From NCBI RefSeq assembly GCF_031769215.1, contig NW_026782435.1:124001-188000 (forward strand): a stretch of DNA of 64,000 nt, read 5' to 3'. Positions 38,702 through 52,598 of this stretch are shown one piece after another (position 1 is the first letter of the stretch; every line of letters begins with the position of its first letter). Below the pieces are notes generated by a model. It saw only the letters and a list, made by a program, of their open reading frames with translations. It had not been told where the DNA came from and ran no database searches. Both the position numbers and the translations under genes were made by a program. The stretch comes from Ylistrum balloti (Eukaryota).

Positions 38702-39530
38702 ATCCAAGATGAGGTAGCTGTGATGCTGAATCAGCGTAGGTCATCAGGCCCCACTTGTATAAAACATCTCAACTTGAGATTTCCTCAAGTCGAGATTTTC
38801 CTCAGCTGATATCTCCTCAAAAACGGCTTGTATAAATTTTCTCAAGGAACAGGAGGAAGGCATCAACTAGGATGTCCTGCAATTCCTTGAGGAATTTTCA
38901 TACAAGATATTTTCAGTGAGATATCAGCTGAGGAAAATCTCGACTTGAGGAAATCTCAAGTTGAGATGTTTTATACAAGTGGGGCCAGGTCAATGGTTCC
39001 GTTTCCGTACCTTTCTTTGAGTGTTGTAAGGCGGTGGTCAATGTTGCAGTACTTCTTCGCACGCGGTCGGGTGGTTCCTCCAGATTCTTTCTGCATTCTG
39101 TTGATGACGTCGGCATTGTCTATTTCCTTGAATGTCTGTATGATGGCAAATATATTCGGATGAGCGTGTTTCACCTTCTTCTTTAGTTTCCCGTGCCAGG
39201 CTTCTAGGTTGTTCGTTGTTTATGGTCCATCTGTTTGGAAGTGATTCCACAACTGTCTGTCTCCTTCCACCCACTGCTCTGTAACATAGTCTGTGAAAGG
39301 TGTTGTGTTCTGTGGTACTTTAGCGTCTTCTAGATCTTCTAGTGTCTGTAACCATACGTCTTCTATGCAGTCCATGGGTACCAGTGGTAGAACAGCTGCA
39401 CGGCGGATAAGGGTCCTAACATCTTCGTTGTCCCGGTATAGAGTTTGCAGTCCAGCGTTGTGTACTGCTACTTCAAAGTCGGCGAATGTATGGGTTGGGG
39501 CGAAAGGCAGGTACAGTTGAGTCATGTGTT
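38702..39530 (-). mobile_element. MULE/Mutator-like transposase pseudogene fragment
   Basis: FADFEVAVHNA, RRAAVLPLVP, FTDYVTEQWVE, LWNHFQTDGP*TTNNLEAWHGKL...HAHPNIF. It has an in-frame TAA (about 39220), lacks the GCxFH segment, and has a MITE insertion near the C-terminus. Confidence 0.82.
38748..38985. mobile_element. 238-bp MITE with 68-bp perfect terminal inverted repeats and 3-bp TSD (CAG), PIF/Harbinger-like
   Basis: Left TIR gccccacttgtataaaacatctcaacttgag...gatatctc is the exact reverse complement of the right end. CAG at 38745-38747 and 38986-38988. Confidence 0.88.
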
Positions 39531-41039
39531 CCTTGAGTAGGGTAAACAGTCGAGTGTAGATTCTTTGACTCTTTCATGGTATGAAGTATGATGCAGTCGC
39601 TGTATTTATACAGAGTGCAGTTGGCTTGAAGTGTTGAACAATATAAATTTCAAATAATTCCTTTTTCTCCTTAAATTTAAATAATATAGCATTTTAAAAA
39701 AATCTTCTTTTTTCCTAACATTTCAATTTAATTCTCAATTCAAAATCTGAAAATATCCCCATTTATGGCTTAATATTATCAAGTCACAGGTAAGTACTCC
39801 ACAGTAGCTGTTCCCCAGAGCCCCCATGAGGTACCCCAATTTTGTTGACTTAAATGGTAAAAACAACACCAACTGCCATATGTGTTTTTAAAAAAGTTGA
39901 CGTAAAGGGAACATTGTTAAGGGGCCCTCAGAAGGGATAACTAGTTATTACCTGTGTTACCTGTATTAGCTGCCCTAAATATTAACATGAAATTGAAGGG
40001 AAAATTTAGGGAAACAGTAGGACCGATTTATTGAACATTTATAATTATTTTATAAAATAAACATGATGATAGTGATTAAAAACAATTTTCCAAAACTGGG
40101 TTATCATATGAACTTTTTTTATAATTTGCATTGGAACCCTTAAACTTTGCTGGCAAAAGTTTATAGATACTTAATGAGATTATGTTGAAAAATAATGCAA
40201 TATGTCTGCCAAAAGTCAAGCCCTTAAATATGAGGCTCACAACTCATCTGTCACTTGTCAGTGACTCATTTGTCAGATTTTAATAATATGACAATTAGAC
40301 ATAGACAATCCCAATCGAATCAACGAAAAATATATAAACACAGATAACAAATATTCACAATGAGACAGTCAAAATCATTCTGATTATCATTAAGCTTAAT
40401 AGAAAACTATCTCTTTGCTGGTTGCAAAGTGAATTTAACATAATTATAATCGACCCCTTCATAAATGAAAATACAGCAGGTGCATAAATCAGATATAAAT
40501 ATACATAAGGCATCATTTACACGATACAAAAACATCCTGACTCTGGCATCATTACAAGCAGCTCATGAAAGGTAATTTCAGCAAGTTATTTCATGCAAGA
40601 GGAATAAACAACAAACAGTTCCGTCAATAGTAAAACCTGTCATAACAGTCATAAGGGAGTCTGAAGTTGGTTCCTAGTTCCTAGTTTCGTTTAAGAAAAA
40701 CGGTACCAGGAACCAGATTCTTGTTCCGTTTAAGAATGTAAGTACCGTTTAAGACAAATTCGTTTATAAAAGCTATGATCGTCTTAATTTCTGTCTGAAA
40801 GATTGTAGGTTCGATTCTTGTATCGGATCGCGTGCTTGGACTTTTCGATTTGCAAACATGTACCTTTTTTTTAAACGCAACTAGAATCTAATTATCAACA
40901 TTCTTTAAATATATATATATATATATACTTTACACTTAAATGCACATCGTATTTCTGATTATTATTCTCATATATATATATATATATATTAAATAACACT
41001 TCCTCTGTTTATCTGTGTTCTATTTATTACCTTTCCGAT

Positions 41040-42378
41040 GACTATTGTAGAACACTTTCACTGTTTCATCAAAGTTCTATTGTCTGCTGTAGAACACTTT
41101 CACTATTATCAACGTTCCAATGACTATTGTAGAACATTTGCTCTGTAACAACGTTCTATAGTCTATTGTAGAACAATTTCACTGTTTCATCAACGTTCCA
41201 TTTTCTATTGTAGAACGCTGGCTCTGTAACATCAACGTTCAATTGCCTATTGTAGAAAACTTTCACTATTATCAACGTTCAATTGCCTATTGTAGAACAC
41301 TTTCACTGTTTCATTAACGTTCCATTTTCTATTGTAGAACACTGGCTTTGTAACATCAACGTTCCATTGTCTAATTTAGGACACTTTCAGTATTTTCAGC
41401 TTTCTATTGCCTATTGTAGAACACTTTCATTTTTTCATCAACGTTCTATTGTCTGTTGTAGAACAATTTCACTATTATTAACGTTCTATTGCCTATTGTA
41501 GAATACATTCGCTATTATCAACGTTCAATTGCGTATTGCAGAACACTTTCATTGTTTCATTAACGTTCTATTATCTATTGTAGAACACTTGCTCTGTAAC
41601 ATCAACGTTCAATTGCCTATTGTAGAAAACTTTCACTATTATCAACGTTCAATTGCCTATTGTAGAACACTTTCACTGTTTCATTAACGTTCCATTTTCT
41701 ATTGTAGAACACTGGCTCTGTAACATCAACGTTCAATTGCCTATTGTAGAAAACTTTCACTATTACCAACGTTCAATTGCCTATTGTAGAACTCTTTCAC
41801 TGTTTCATTAACGTTCCATTTTCTATTGTAGAACACTGGCACTGTAGCATCAACGTTCAATTGCCTATTGTAGAAAACTTTCACTATTATCAACGTTCCA
41901 TTGTCTGTTGTAGAACACTTGCTCTGTTTCATTTACGTTACTTTGCCTACTGTAGAACGCTCGCTGTTTCATCAACCTTCCATTTTCTGTTGTAGAACAC
42001 TTGCTCTGTAACAACGTTCTATGGCCTATTGTAGAACACTTTCACTGTTTCATCAACGTTCCATTTTCTATTGTAGAACACTTGCTGTATAACATCAACG
42101 TTCCATTGTCTAATTTAGAACACTACATATATATATTAAATAACATTTCCTCTGTTTATCTGTGTTCTATTTATCAGCTTTCTATAGCCTATTGTAGAAC
42201 ACTTTCACTGTTTCATGAACGTTCTTTTGTCTTTCGTAGAACACTTTCAGACTTTTGCAGACTTTCAGAACGTTGATAAATAGCGAAAGTTTTTCACAAT
42301 AGACAACAGAACGTTGATAAATTGTGAAAGTTTTTCACAATAGACAACAGAACGTTGATAAATAGTGAAAGTGTTTTG
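41040..42378. repeat. 40-42-bp minisatellite (ctattgtagaacactttcactgtttcatcaacgttcaattgc-like) with a 124-bp trimeric order and a terminal inverted block
   Basis: Unit starts at 41617, 41657, 41699, 41741, 41781, 41823, 41865, 41905 (spacing 40/42/42). Reverse-complement units start at 42267, 42308 and 42349. Confidence 0.93.
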
Positions 42379-42604
42379 AACGTCAATACTCAATACACGA
42401 TCTTGTGAAGGCCAAAAACACAATATTGTAGAAGCAGATCTGATAGTTAGAAATGCTATACAGTTTTGTTTAAATGGCTAAATTACCAATATGATATTGT
42501 AAGAAATAAACATTTGGTACAATCATTAGAGTTTCTTTACAATCAAAATTGCAAGATTGCTTTATTTGTTTGAATCACTATAAATCAGACAGGTAAATGT
42601 TAGC

Positions 42605-44810
42605 TCAGTAGACTGGACTTTGTTTCAGCGCTGCAGCACATTTCTGACCATATATAAGGCATACGCCCATCAACTCCAATGTGCAAACATCACTGACAGC
42701 AAAATCGAAACATTTAATCTTTGCTATGTTGAAGAATATTCTGCCGATCTTGTTGGACACCGGAGAGTTAACTCCCTTGAGGCAGTTGTAGAAATCACGG
42801 TCACAGCTACAGTGACTGATAGGGATGATCCCTTGATTGTTGTAATAATACCTTTTCTGTAGAGCCCGGATCTTTGGTTCACAGAGGTCGTGTGAGCGAC
42901 AGCACGAGTCTGTGTGTTGATGTTCTCCTAAAAAACAAAATAATACTTTTTAACTGGAAGCATTTGATGTTTTTTTTTTAATTTTTCGGCAGTAAGTATA
43001 GTGCGTCATGGTTTCGAAGAGCTCTTGAGTCGATGGTACCAAAATTGCGCCACTTTAGATATTGTATTTCTTAGTATATTTGAAGTGTTCGCAGGTGTAA
43101 TTGTTCCCTTTTAATTTTGCAAACTTACAATTGCATGAAATTTTGAAGTAGTACGTATAAGATTTTCATAGAATCTGTGCCCTATTCGTCTTCCTTTCTT
43201 CTCACTGAAATATGTTTAAACTTATATGGAAGTCGTTGACTTTAATCTTTACATGTGTTTATTCTACAACTTAAGTTCATCCGCGTGTGATGATAGTATC
43301 TTGCTGCTTTGAAGTGGATTATAGGATTATATCACACTCAGTAAATGTATTATCGATAACAAAGAAAATGCAGTCCATTTGATCACCAAACACTTTGTCC
43401 TTTAGCCTGGAAGGATGCTGATTATTGGAGAACTGTCTACTGGAACAAGTGTAATGTTCAACAATAAGCAGCACCATAGTTCAGGTTTGTACATTTATAT
43501 CGGGAACATGTCATGTCTAAGATAAGAAATTTAAGAATTCATACACAATTTTTTATTTGGAAATGGTGAATTTTCACCTACCTAAGTTGGTGAATACATC
43601 GTCGGCGATGTTACCAAAACCACACCAGCGAGTTCCCGGAAATATTCCCTGAAGCAGGGAATAGTCTTTTATGTCTGCCTCCCTCTCTCCTACATCAGTT
43701 TTCTCGGGGATGGAACTGAGAAATAACAGAGTTATTATATTTACCAGTTTGTTTTTGTCAAATGAAAGGTACCAACATTGTGATAACAGACTGCGTTTTG
43801 AAGCGGAAATGTTATCCCTTCACTCCTCCCCTACCCCCAAGAAAAACACGCAACAAAACAAAACAAAATAAAAACAAACAAGCAAAGACAAAAAAAAAAA
43901 AAAAACAAAAACAAAAAAACCCACAAAAAACAGAGACCGCGGTTGTTTTCTAGTATACATTATTCATGACACTAGGTACATGTACTCGTACACAATACAG
44001 CATACAGTTTAAAGTCTTACAGGATTACTGATTTTGTAGAGACCTTAGGTTAGATATTAAATGTTTCGAATAAATTCCAACATGCATTAAATCGTGAACG
44101 TAAACACACAAACTGAAACAATCAATGAATAAATATTTTTTAAAAAACCGTATGAATATCGCTATATCTTTACATATATCGGAAGAATCTTCTTCCCTTC
44201 ATTGTCAGACTTTGTTTATCACTTTTTAGATTCAAATTTTCCTGCTAATATCGGTCAAAGCTTTTGCTTAAGGTAGGTGCGTCTAACAATTCGGTAAACA
44301 AAAGGTAACATAGATCCCTGAGATTCAAATTCCGTACCCGTATACTACTTCCGTGAAGTAAGCCAACAGCCTGCTAAAAACAGATTGCCTAGAATCGTTT
44401 TTATCTGGTATGTAATCCAGAGCATCTGATTTGTAACGATTCTCGGTGCTTATGCATGCCTCGTGTAAAACATCTGCGTCACCAGGATACGACACGATGC
44501 ATGATGACTGTGCCGTTCCGTCAGAATTACCATCACAAGTAATGTTATCTTTGAGATATTCCTGTTCACATCGTCTAAATTTCACATCCTGTGTTCGTTT
44601 TTCAGAAAAATCCTGTTGTGTTTGAATGTAATGAGTAATGTTTTCCGCGTAAATTTTATATAACATGTAACCTTTCGGACACTCGACATGTGGATATTTC
44701 TTCAAAGTTAAAAGCAAATCGTCGAATTGTTCTTTGCCAAACTTCACAATAAAAGTGTATGATATGTAGATAAAAAGCAACAAAACCAATATCTTCTTCC
44801 CGTCCATCAT
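42605..44810 (-). CDS. Group III (bee-venom type) secreted phospholipase A2 with N-terminal signal/anchor and pro-region
   Basis: Exon 43648-43582 GIFPGTRWCGFGNIADDVFTNL (Ca loop, cttcag| ... |gtaggt). Last exon 42927-42605 GEHQHTDSCCRSHDLC...HCSCDRDFYNCL (catalytic His-Asp), phase 1 consistent. First exon from ATG 44810 (MMDGKKILVLLLFIYISYTFIV); its donor near 44335-44350 is not resolved. Confidence 0.88.
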
Positions 44811-45425
44811 GTCATCTTGGACTTCCGGTGATGAAAACGTCACAATATGTGTTTGAAACGTCATCAGTTTAAATGTACGTTATTCAACGTCATGTTGACG
44901 TTTTTTCCACAAAGTAAAGAAACTCACTAGCAAACACTATACCAAGCAATTAGGAGGTTACATAATTGTTTTTCCCTACTAGCTTTCAAAAGTTCATGAA
45001 TAGTCTTCATACGATGGTGACAGTGGTCTTCCGTGGAAATGAATACTGCTAAATGTGAAGCATTGCAGAAGCAATACACGGTTGCACTCTAATCGTTTAT
45101 AAAGATGTTGTCCTGTATTGTCTCGGAAGATATTCGGAAAAAAATATAGTGGAATATAACTTCAATAAATGCGTCGCTTTTTCTGTACGCCTGTTGGGTA
45201 TATCTCACCAATGTTTTTGTAGACAATACTGTAGAATAATTCACTTTCGTAGTATTTGTTTTTGCCTAGTTGAATTCATGGCAGCTTTTACTACATGAAC
45301 AGAAAATATTTACTTTTTTCAGTTGATTTTATGCACTAAATACACTAAAGCAACTCATTTTTGTACATGGTATTTTCTGCAACCATATCGTAAACTATAA
45401 AAGCACATGAATTTTGTCAAGTGTG

Positions 45426-45456
<31 letters not shown>

Positions 45457-46897
45457 TTTTGTCAAATTCTGCTTTTCTTCAAGTAGTCTTATGACAAAAT
45501 CCAACTGCTTTTGTACTTGCTGACAAAAACAAGATGCTAATGGTATTTCAGTTGACAAGGCTGGTAAGGGCCATCTTGTTTAGTATCTTGTAAAAATACA
45601 CGGTACTGCGTGACAATCCACCTGAAAAAGGGGGTGAGGTGGGTGGCTTTCCGTGTTTTTATGAGTGATATAATACAATGAAGATAATTACATACAATGT
45701 GTTGTCTACTCAAGAAGATATAGAAATCCATACACTAGATTTTTGTATAACACTTCATTTATAAGTATACTTTACTACATCACCTAAACTCAAAATCTAT
45801 AAGGTAGACGGAGGATAAATGCTAATGTTACGGGGAGATTAGCGTTTTTTGCTTCTTAAACAACACCCGTAATGGTTCATTTCAGTTCGGTTTAAATGCT
45901 TTGGTTTATTTGTCGGAACATCCATTGGTTCTGGATATATGGTCCTTGGAAGAATTAGATATGTATCCAGTGGGGTATTGCGCAAGTGTACACGTGTGTC
46001 AACACCGTTATATATTGCTAAGGTAAAATACTAGGCGTAAGCTAGCATCAAAGTGTAAAATAGAATGTTAAGGGATTTATTTACATCAATGATTTCTGAT
46101 CGGAAAAATCCATTGTTTGACAACTTTTCGGCACAGAAAACACACTTAAATCACTTAATATTAGAAGCGTGCTCGTCCATCAATAATCGATTTCCTGATA
46201 GTGCTCAAAGCATAATATACGTAAGTTATATAGTTATGAAACAACGATTAGCTCTACATTTATATATTATTACAGAAAGAAGCATTCGTTGTGGATATCG
46301 TAAAGAACAACTTGATTGAAATTAATAATTTATAATTGACAACAAATAATGCCTATTCGGTTTTCCTACTGACATCAATGAAACTATTTCATGATGTTTT
46401 AGAATGTATTCAATCTCTTCAATCCCCTTCTACCAATTTGCGGGACATTTTCGAATAGTTGAGAGGAAAAGATTGTAGATTATTGTGTTATAATGTTATA
46501 ACCGGTTCATACACAAACGGAAATAGTTGTAATGTCTGAGTTACGTCCCTTTGTAGTATTTCTCTACATATAGAGATTAGAAAACAAATAAAGTTTATAG
46601 GAGAAAACGGAATGAAAGGTAAGAATAGAAGATTATATCTAGGCCTATCGGAGCCGAATTTTATTCGTTTTATTAGATAATGTCAGATGACGCTTACTCA
46701 GGTTTCAATTTAATTGAGGACACTCATTAGACATTCTTCAATCTATTCAGATGAGCAGAAATCGTAGAAATAGCATTTGTCGTCTGCTTTTAATACAACT
46801 GACAATCTCTTTCATTTCAGACAAGAATGCAGGACCGTAGTATTTAAAGGACGCCGTAATCATCAGTCACATAAGTAGATATTACCGAAAAACGATT

Positions 46898-47293
46898 ATG
46901 AAGGTAATTAACAGATCTTATATTGAGGCTGAGCGATGTGTATTTCAAATTGGTGAAAGTATTCAACATGAGTTTTCCAGGAATAGAGAGTGTTTCAGTA
47001 TAAATTTTGTTAGACATCGTCCTAAGTTGAAAAAAAAATGTGTTATGTATTGGTATGAAATGTAAATTTTCATTTCTTTATTGTTTAATTCCTGTTCATG
47101 TAGAACTTAAACAAATTTACTTGTGTTAAATTCAATTCAATTCAGAAATCCACTCCAGCGCCCATTTTCAATCATCGGAAAAGACCACGACAAGCTGTTA
47201 TAGCTGACCCTCAAACTATTGATGGACCTGGAACCGGCACGCCAGTCAATACACCTCAGTCGTCGCATCATTATCAAGGTTATACATCCTGAA

Positions 47294-47341
<48 letters not shown>

Positions 47342-50300
47342 TCGATGGCAGTCGCTCAGACTTTTTGTTCTAAATATCAGTTATAGATGAATAACTGTTA
47401 AAACATATTCCACTAACGAAATTGACAGTCTACCAATATTCAAAGGGATATATATTGTGATTGCATAGTAGTAATATTTTTATTTTTTGCAAAACAAAAT
47501 GTGTACATAGGTTATCAATAGCTACCAGTGTATCAATACAGTGATAAACTGAAAAGAACTTGATTTATTTTAAAGTTATATAACACTACACAAAATTAAA
47601 AACATATATAACAAGTTGAAATTTGGTTTCAATAGAAATTTCTCTGCAAAATTATTTCAATTCTGTGGTTAAATCCCTCAAACAGTTGTAGAACGTTTCT
47701 GCAAAATGATGTGATCCTGCAAATCATATTAACATATATTGTTAGTAGACACATATTGCAATATATTGACTCTTTTGATATTCTGGAGTTGAATTATGAA
47801 CTATTGTTCTTTTGCCTTGTTACCTAAACATATTTTTTACATGAAAAGTTTATTCCTTTAACACAACACAAACATACGTATACATAATCGGAGTAACCAA
47901 GTACAATTTAATTATTCTCCCAGTGTTTCAAAGCATTCCTAAACAAGATGCGGCTTTGAGTTTGCTATATACATGCTACTGATATACATTTCAAGGAAAG
48001 AATTTAAAAAAAAAAATTGTACCCAGTAAGTAATATGGCTCAAATTTACATTTTGTTTAATTCAATTTTCCCCTCCTTTCTATCCTTTTTATCGCAAAAC
48101 ATTTTCACTTTAAACTTTTCTAGGTAAATAGTTTTATTTAGTGCACTCCTTAAAGCTGTTTAAGTGCAGATGAAATGTGTAATACATTTGTATGATATAG
48201 CATTTTTCATTTTCCCAGATTTAATGCCAGTTCGTGGCTTTGACGGACAGGGATATGTATCCAGACAAACAAGGCAGGGGTACTCACAATCATACCAGCA
48301 GAACAAGTCCCAACAGGGCCAACAACAGTATCAACTGCCAAACAGACAGCAGCAGCAACACAAACAGCAATATTGTTAGTATCAAATTTACATAGACAGT
48401 TTCATTGTAATCATCATAGTTCTGAAGGAAATAGCCAAGAGGAAAATTTCAGGAACAAATGTCAAATATTTCTTCATGATTATGTTACAGTTCATCGTCT
48501 TGATTTTTTTTATTGATAGTTCTCTTTATGATATATTGTTTTATCAGGCTAAAACACCATGTCTGACCTCTATATTACATAACTGTTAGAACCAGTATCA
48601 GTGAATTCTATTTCATTGTCCTGTATCATCTATTTGTGTGTTGTAATTTTTTACAACATACTGTAAGCTTATTGTAGAATAAATTTATCAACTGCATATA
48701 TGTATATATTTTGCCCATTATTTCAAATTAGTTTAAATGCATATGCAACGACAAAGGACAATCCTAAAAAACATGTAAAAGGGGAACATTTTGAACATAA
48801 CTCCAGTTTGATAAGGTCATTACAAATTAAGATAGTTTCAATTAAATAGGTAATAGAGAGAAGGAAGATAAAATTATTGGGATACTTTCTTTCTGATTAA
48901 ACTGCATGACTGAAAGGCCCCTCTTCTAAACTAGGTGAGCTCTTCCTGTTACAGCAGCATATGATATAAACAAACCAAGCCCTATTAGAGAGTCACAGAT
49001 ACAGAATGCAGGTCACCAGGGAGAAAGTGTGATGACAGGAGGCAACACGGCTCTTAGTTTTTCAAACTGTGATAGAACAGGTAAATCTGAGCATGGATGG
49101 CAGACAGACAAATATCAATCTCTGGCATGGAGTACTGGGCAGGCATCATACACCAACAGACAGGGAGTTAACAGTTATACAAGTAACCAGAAAACACCAC
49201 AAAGGCCTCCAACTATCAGGAACAACCACACCAATTGGTATGGGCAACAGCAAAGCAGGTACTACCTACAACATATTGCTCAAATTTTCAAATGTTTAGA
49301 ACTGTCTTTCTTGGTACTACATTGAAGTGACCTTTTTAATCAATGATATTGACATCTCAAAAATAGTTACTGTAAATTGCTTTTTGCTTTGACATCACTA
49401 ATGGCAACTCAATAACAGCAAATTGGAAAGATTTATTACTGAAAGAAACTAGCAAGAATAAAAAGTCCAATGGGTAAACTTTGCTCATCTTGTATGCAAT
49501 GATGTCCAAAAATGCATGAAAATTTCACATGATTAAATTGGCATTCAAAGTCTAGACATTCAAAAGAAAGTCATTTGAAAGTTTTTACAAAATTGAACTA
49601 TGTGACATTGAATATTGATAAAGTTTGTTTCTTTTTGAAGACTTTGTCTGGCCTATCTTTTGGTCAATCAGAAGGTCTTCAATGTGACCCATGTGACCAT
49701 GAATAAGGGTTAAGGTCATATCTTTTCACAAATTTTGTAAGCTTCAGGCTTCATAACAGTAACCCATCAGCCAAATATTATGTTTCTAGATCTTTTAGTT
49801 AATCCTTGAGGCCATGTGAGCTAAAAATGAGGTCTGCAAGCAAGTCCAGAACAAATCATATAGATGTTCATGTAAATATTCAACTCAGCGTTCAGTTGAT
49901 TCAAATTTTATAAGTATTTATAATTTCTAACATATTTAACTTGTATTTTCTACAGGTCTTTAGATGAGAAACAGAGCTACAATAGCCAAGCAGGAAGCGA
50001 GTTTGTATGTCGCATCAACAATTCTGGAAATAATTCCTCTAACACAAATATATATAAAAATCAGCACCCATTCCAGAAAGGCTCTAATCAAAACCAGAAC
50101 ATGTTCAGGCCAGGTCCCAGTGGTGCAGCAACAGTGCAAGGGGCAGATAACACTATGCAACACCTTCAACGCGACGGATATCATCGAGTTGGAGGATTTG
50201 GAGATACTGTAATCAAACCTTCATCAACAACACAGAAAAAAGTAAGTCTAATGACAAATTCTTGTGTGTACATAGTAGGTTACAAAATTATTGCAAGATG

Positions 50301-52598
50301 CTCATGGAGCCAACACATCTCTTCTTACTCTAGTGATGAAAAACATCTATCAAAATTTCAGAATGATTTTCATCTTTGAAAAAGCCGATGCTTTGTTTAA
50401 TCAACAAGAACCTATTACTTCTAACTTTTAAGAGACAAATTGGAGTGATGTCTTGCATAAGTTGAGCTTTATGAACCAATGTCATGACCATCTAAATTAC
50501 ATCTTTTTTACCTCTACGATATACAAAATGTACATAGAGTTAGGTCTTATTAGCAAATCACGTATGAACAGCACAAAGATTTTAATCTGACATGTGTATA
50601 ATGATGACACAGAATGAAAAATACATGGCAATGCATGTTTACTGACATGTATTTAGTATTAAGTCATTTTCAGGATCCTCAAAAGCCACCAAAGAAGACT
50701 GAAAACAAAGCAGATAAAACCCTTCACCTGATCACATCAACCATTCAGGGCATTAAACATTGGAGCAAATACAGAGATACAATTAATATGATTTTTGAAG
50801 TATATGGTATGTATTCAGGTAAAACTTGAGACTACTAGTTGCTTAATCACTAGTTGCTAAAAAGCAAGTGGGATCTTTCTTTTAGTAGCAGCTTTTTGCT
50901 TTGTCCAAGATCCAGTATAGGCAGGAGGGTGCCTTCGTCATACTCATTTGGAGCCAATTTGAAAACTTCAGATTGACTAAAAGGGATTAAAAGACCACTT
51001 CAATAGAAATTGTGCTTTGTTTTGGGGGCATAAAAGACTTAATGAAGAGAAGAGTAGTATATAAACTTGAGGGTACGTTTTGTTCTGGCTGGCGTGAATT
51101 TCCTCTCAGCTTGATAGTAGAGTATTTGATATAGGTTAATTAGAATTCCAGTACAGAAATGTATTTGTCCATATATTTATGATGACTCATACATATTTTG
51201 GTAAAAGTCAGGACTTTGCTGGATTATAAGGAAAACTAAATCAACTGAGGAATGATGTAAAGTGAACTATTTTGTGGTAGATTGAACATACAGTCTTACA
51301 TCTTCGTTATGTACAATTGATTTATAATATCAATAGGCATGTGCTGTTCATAAAATTTGGTTTTATTTTTTAATTCTATTACAAAACATTTATTTTCAAA
51401 TTCATGTAAATATTGGAAAGGTCATTAACTTTGTGTTAAATTCATAAATCATCTGTAGGTGTGGTGGACTCAGCTTTGATGCAAGATCCTTCAGGAACAG
51501 GAAAAGAATTTCTTATGAAAGATGAACAGGATTCCATGCAATGTGTTTTCTATGAAATTGTAAGAAGTTATTTTAACAAAATATATGCTGATGATCACCT
51601 TACCAGTTTATTGTTTCCTCTCCATGATGCTTCAAAGAAAGACATAGATTTAATCATAAGTTGGCATGTGGGATGTAGATATTCTTCTTCGAGAATGTAG
51701 AATTCATGTAACACTTATTAAATTAATGTACAACAAACAAAAGATGTATTTGTGTTGAAATGAAGGATGAAAATGATCACATATTTTCTTATTTATCGTT
51801 GTCAAGAGTACTTTAAACCTTTAGCCATACGTCCTCTTGTAGAGTCATAGTGTAATGGATTACTGGATGAATCCTTTCACTTATTAGTATTAAATGGATG
51901 AAATTTCTCAAAAAGCCTTTCTATTTAATACCTACAGATTAAAACAAACAATACTAAATAGCTGTGTTGTTGTAGTTTTTGTAACACACTATATACATAT
52001 TTGAATATCATCATTTCCTTATTACAGGATCGTCAACTCCCTCGATTAACCCGAGGACATTGGCACAGGTACATGTAGCTGAACGACGACAGCTGAAAAT
52101 TGCATGCTGTTCCTCAATACACAAACATATAACTGATGAAATGACTATGATATTATTCTGAAATTGAAAGTTCATGTTTGACTCCAAATTTAACCATTTA
52201 TATAGAGAGTAAAAGAAGGAAACTTGACAGTTTATCTTGGTCACAAGAAATGTATTATTCAACCGTTTTGGACAGATATTTTAAGAAGCAATAAGTTAAA
52301 CGTAGTTTAAAATACTGTACAAAGACAGTAAGAAATATTGCAATGGATGCCGTCATCATTCTAATATTGCAGTTTGTACTGAATAAAAGTACAGAATATT
52401 TAGTCTTTTAACATGTTTCAACTATCTGTTTAATGACTTTGTTTTAGGTGTGTGGGCACCATGGATGAAAGAAGTGGGAAATTTAAATGTGTATCAGTGC
52501 GACCTGCTTCCATGGAGGAAAAGGATATTTCAAAGCTTTCTGTCAAAAAGTCTGACAATTTTCTTTGGGACTTTACAAAAACCACACCAGAGCCATGA
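46898..52598 (+). CDS. SPATA22: Spermatogenesis-associated protein 22 (MEIOB partner, meiotic OB-fold protein), 436 aa
   Basis: Exons 46898-46903, 47146-47278, 48219-48374, 48955-49258, 49956-50241, 50674-50806, 51459-51559, 52028-52068, 52448-52598. All GT-AG, phases consistent, 1311 nt. N-terminal PAPIFNHRKRPRQ and C-terminal FEVYGVVDSA..FLMKD..CVFYEIDRQLPRLTRG.WHRCVG..FKCVSVRPAS match the SPATA22 family. The ATG exon is the least certain. Confidence 0.93.
47296..47338 (+). repeat. (CT)n microsatellite in SPATA22 intron
   Basis: Pure tctc run just after the donor at 47279. Confidence 0.95.

Noticed and set aside
41283-42276. Repetitive ORFs (PIVEHFHCFINV...)
   Set aside because: Translations of the minisatellite, with frame changes at 40-bp units.
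44172-44241. Extra PLA2 exon ENLNLKSDKQSLTMKGRRFFRY
   Set aside because: Its only donor is phase 2, incompatible with the phase-0 exon at 43648.
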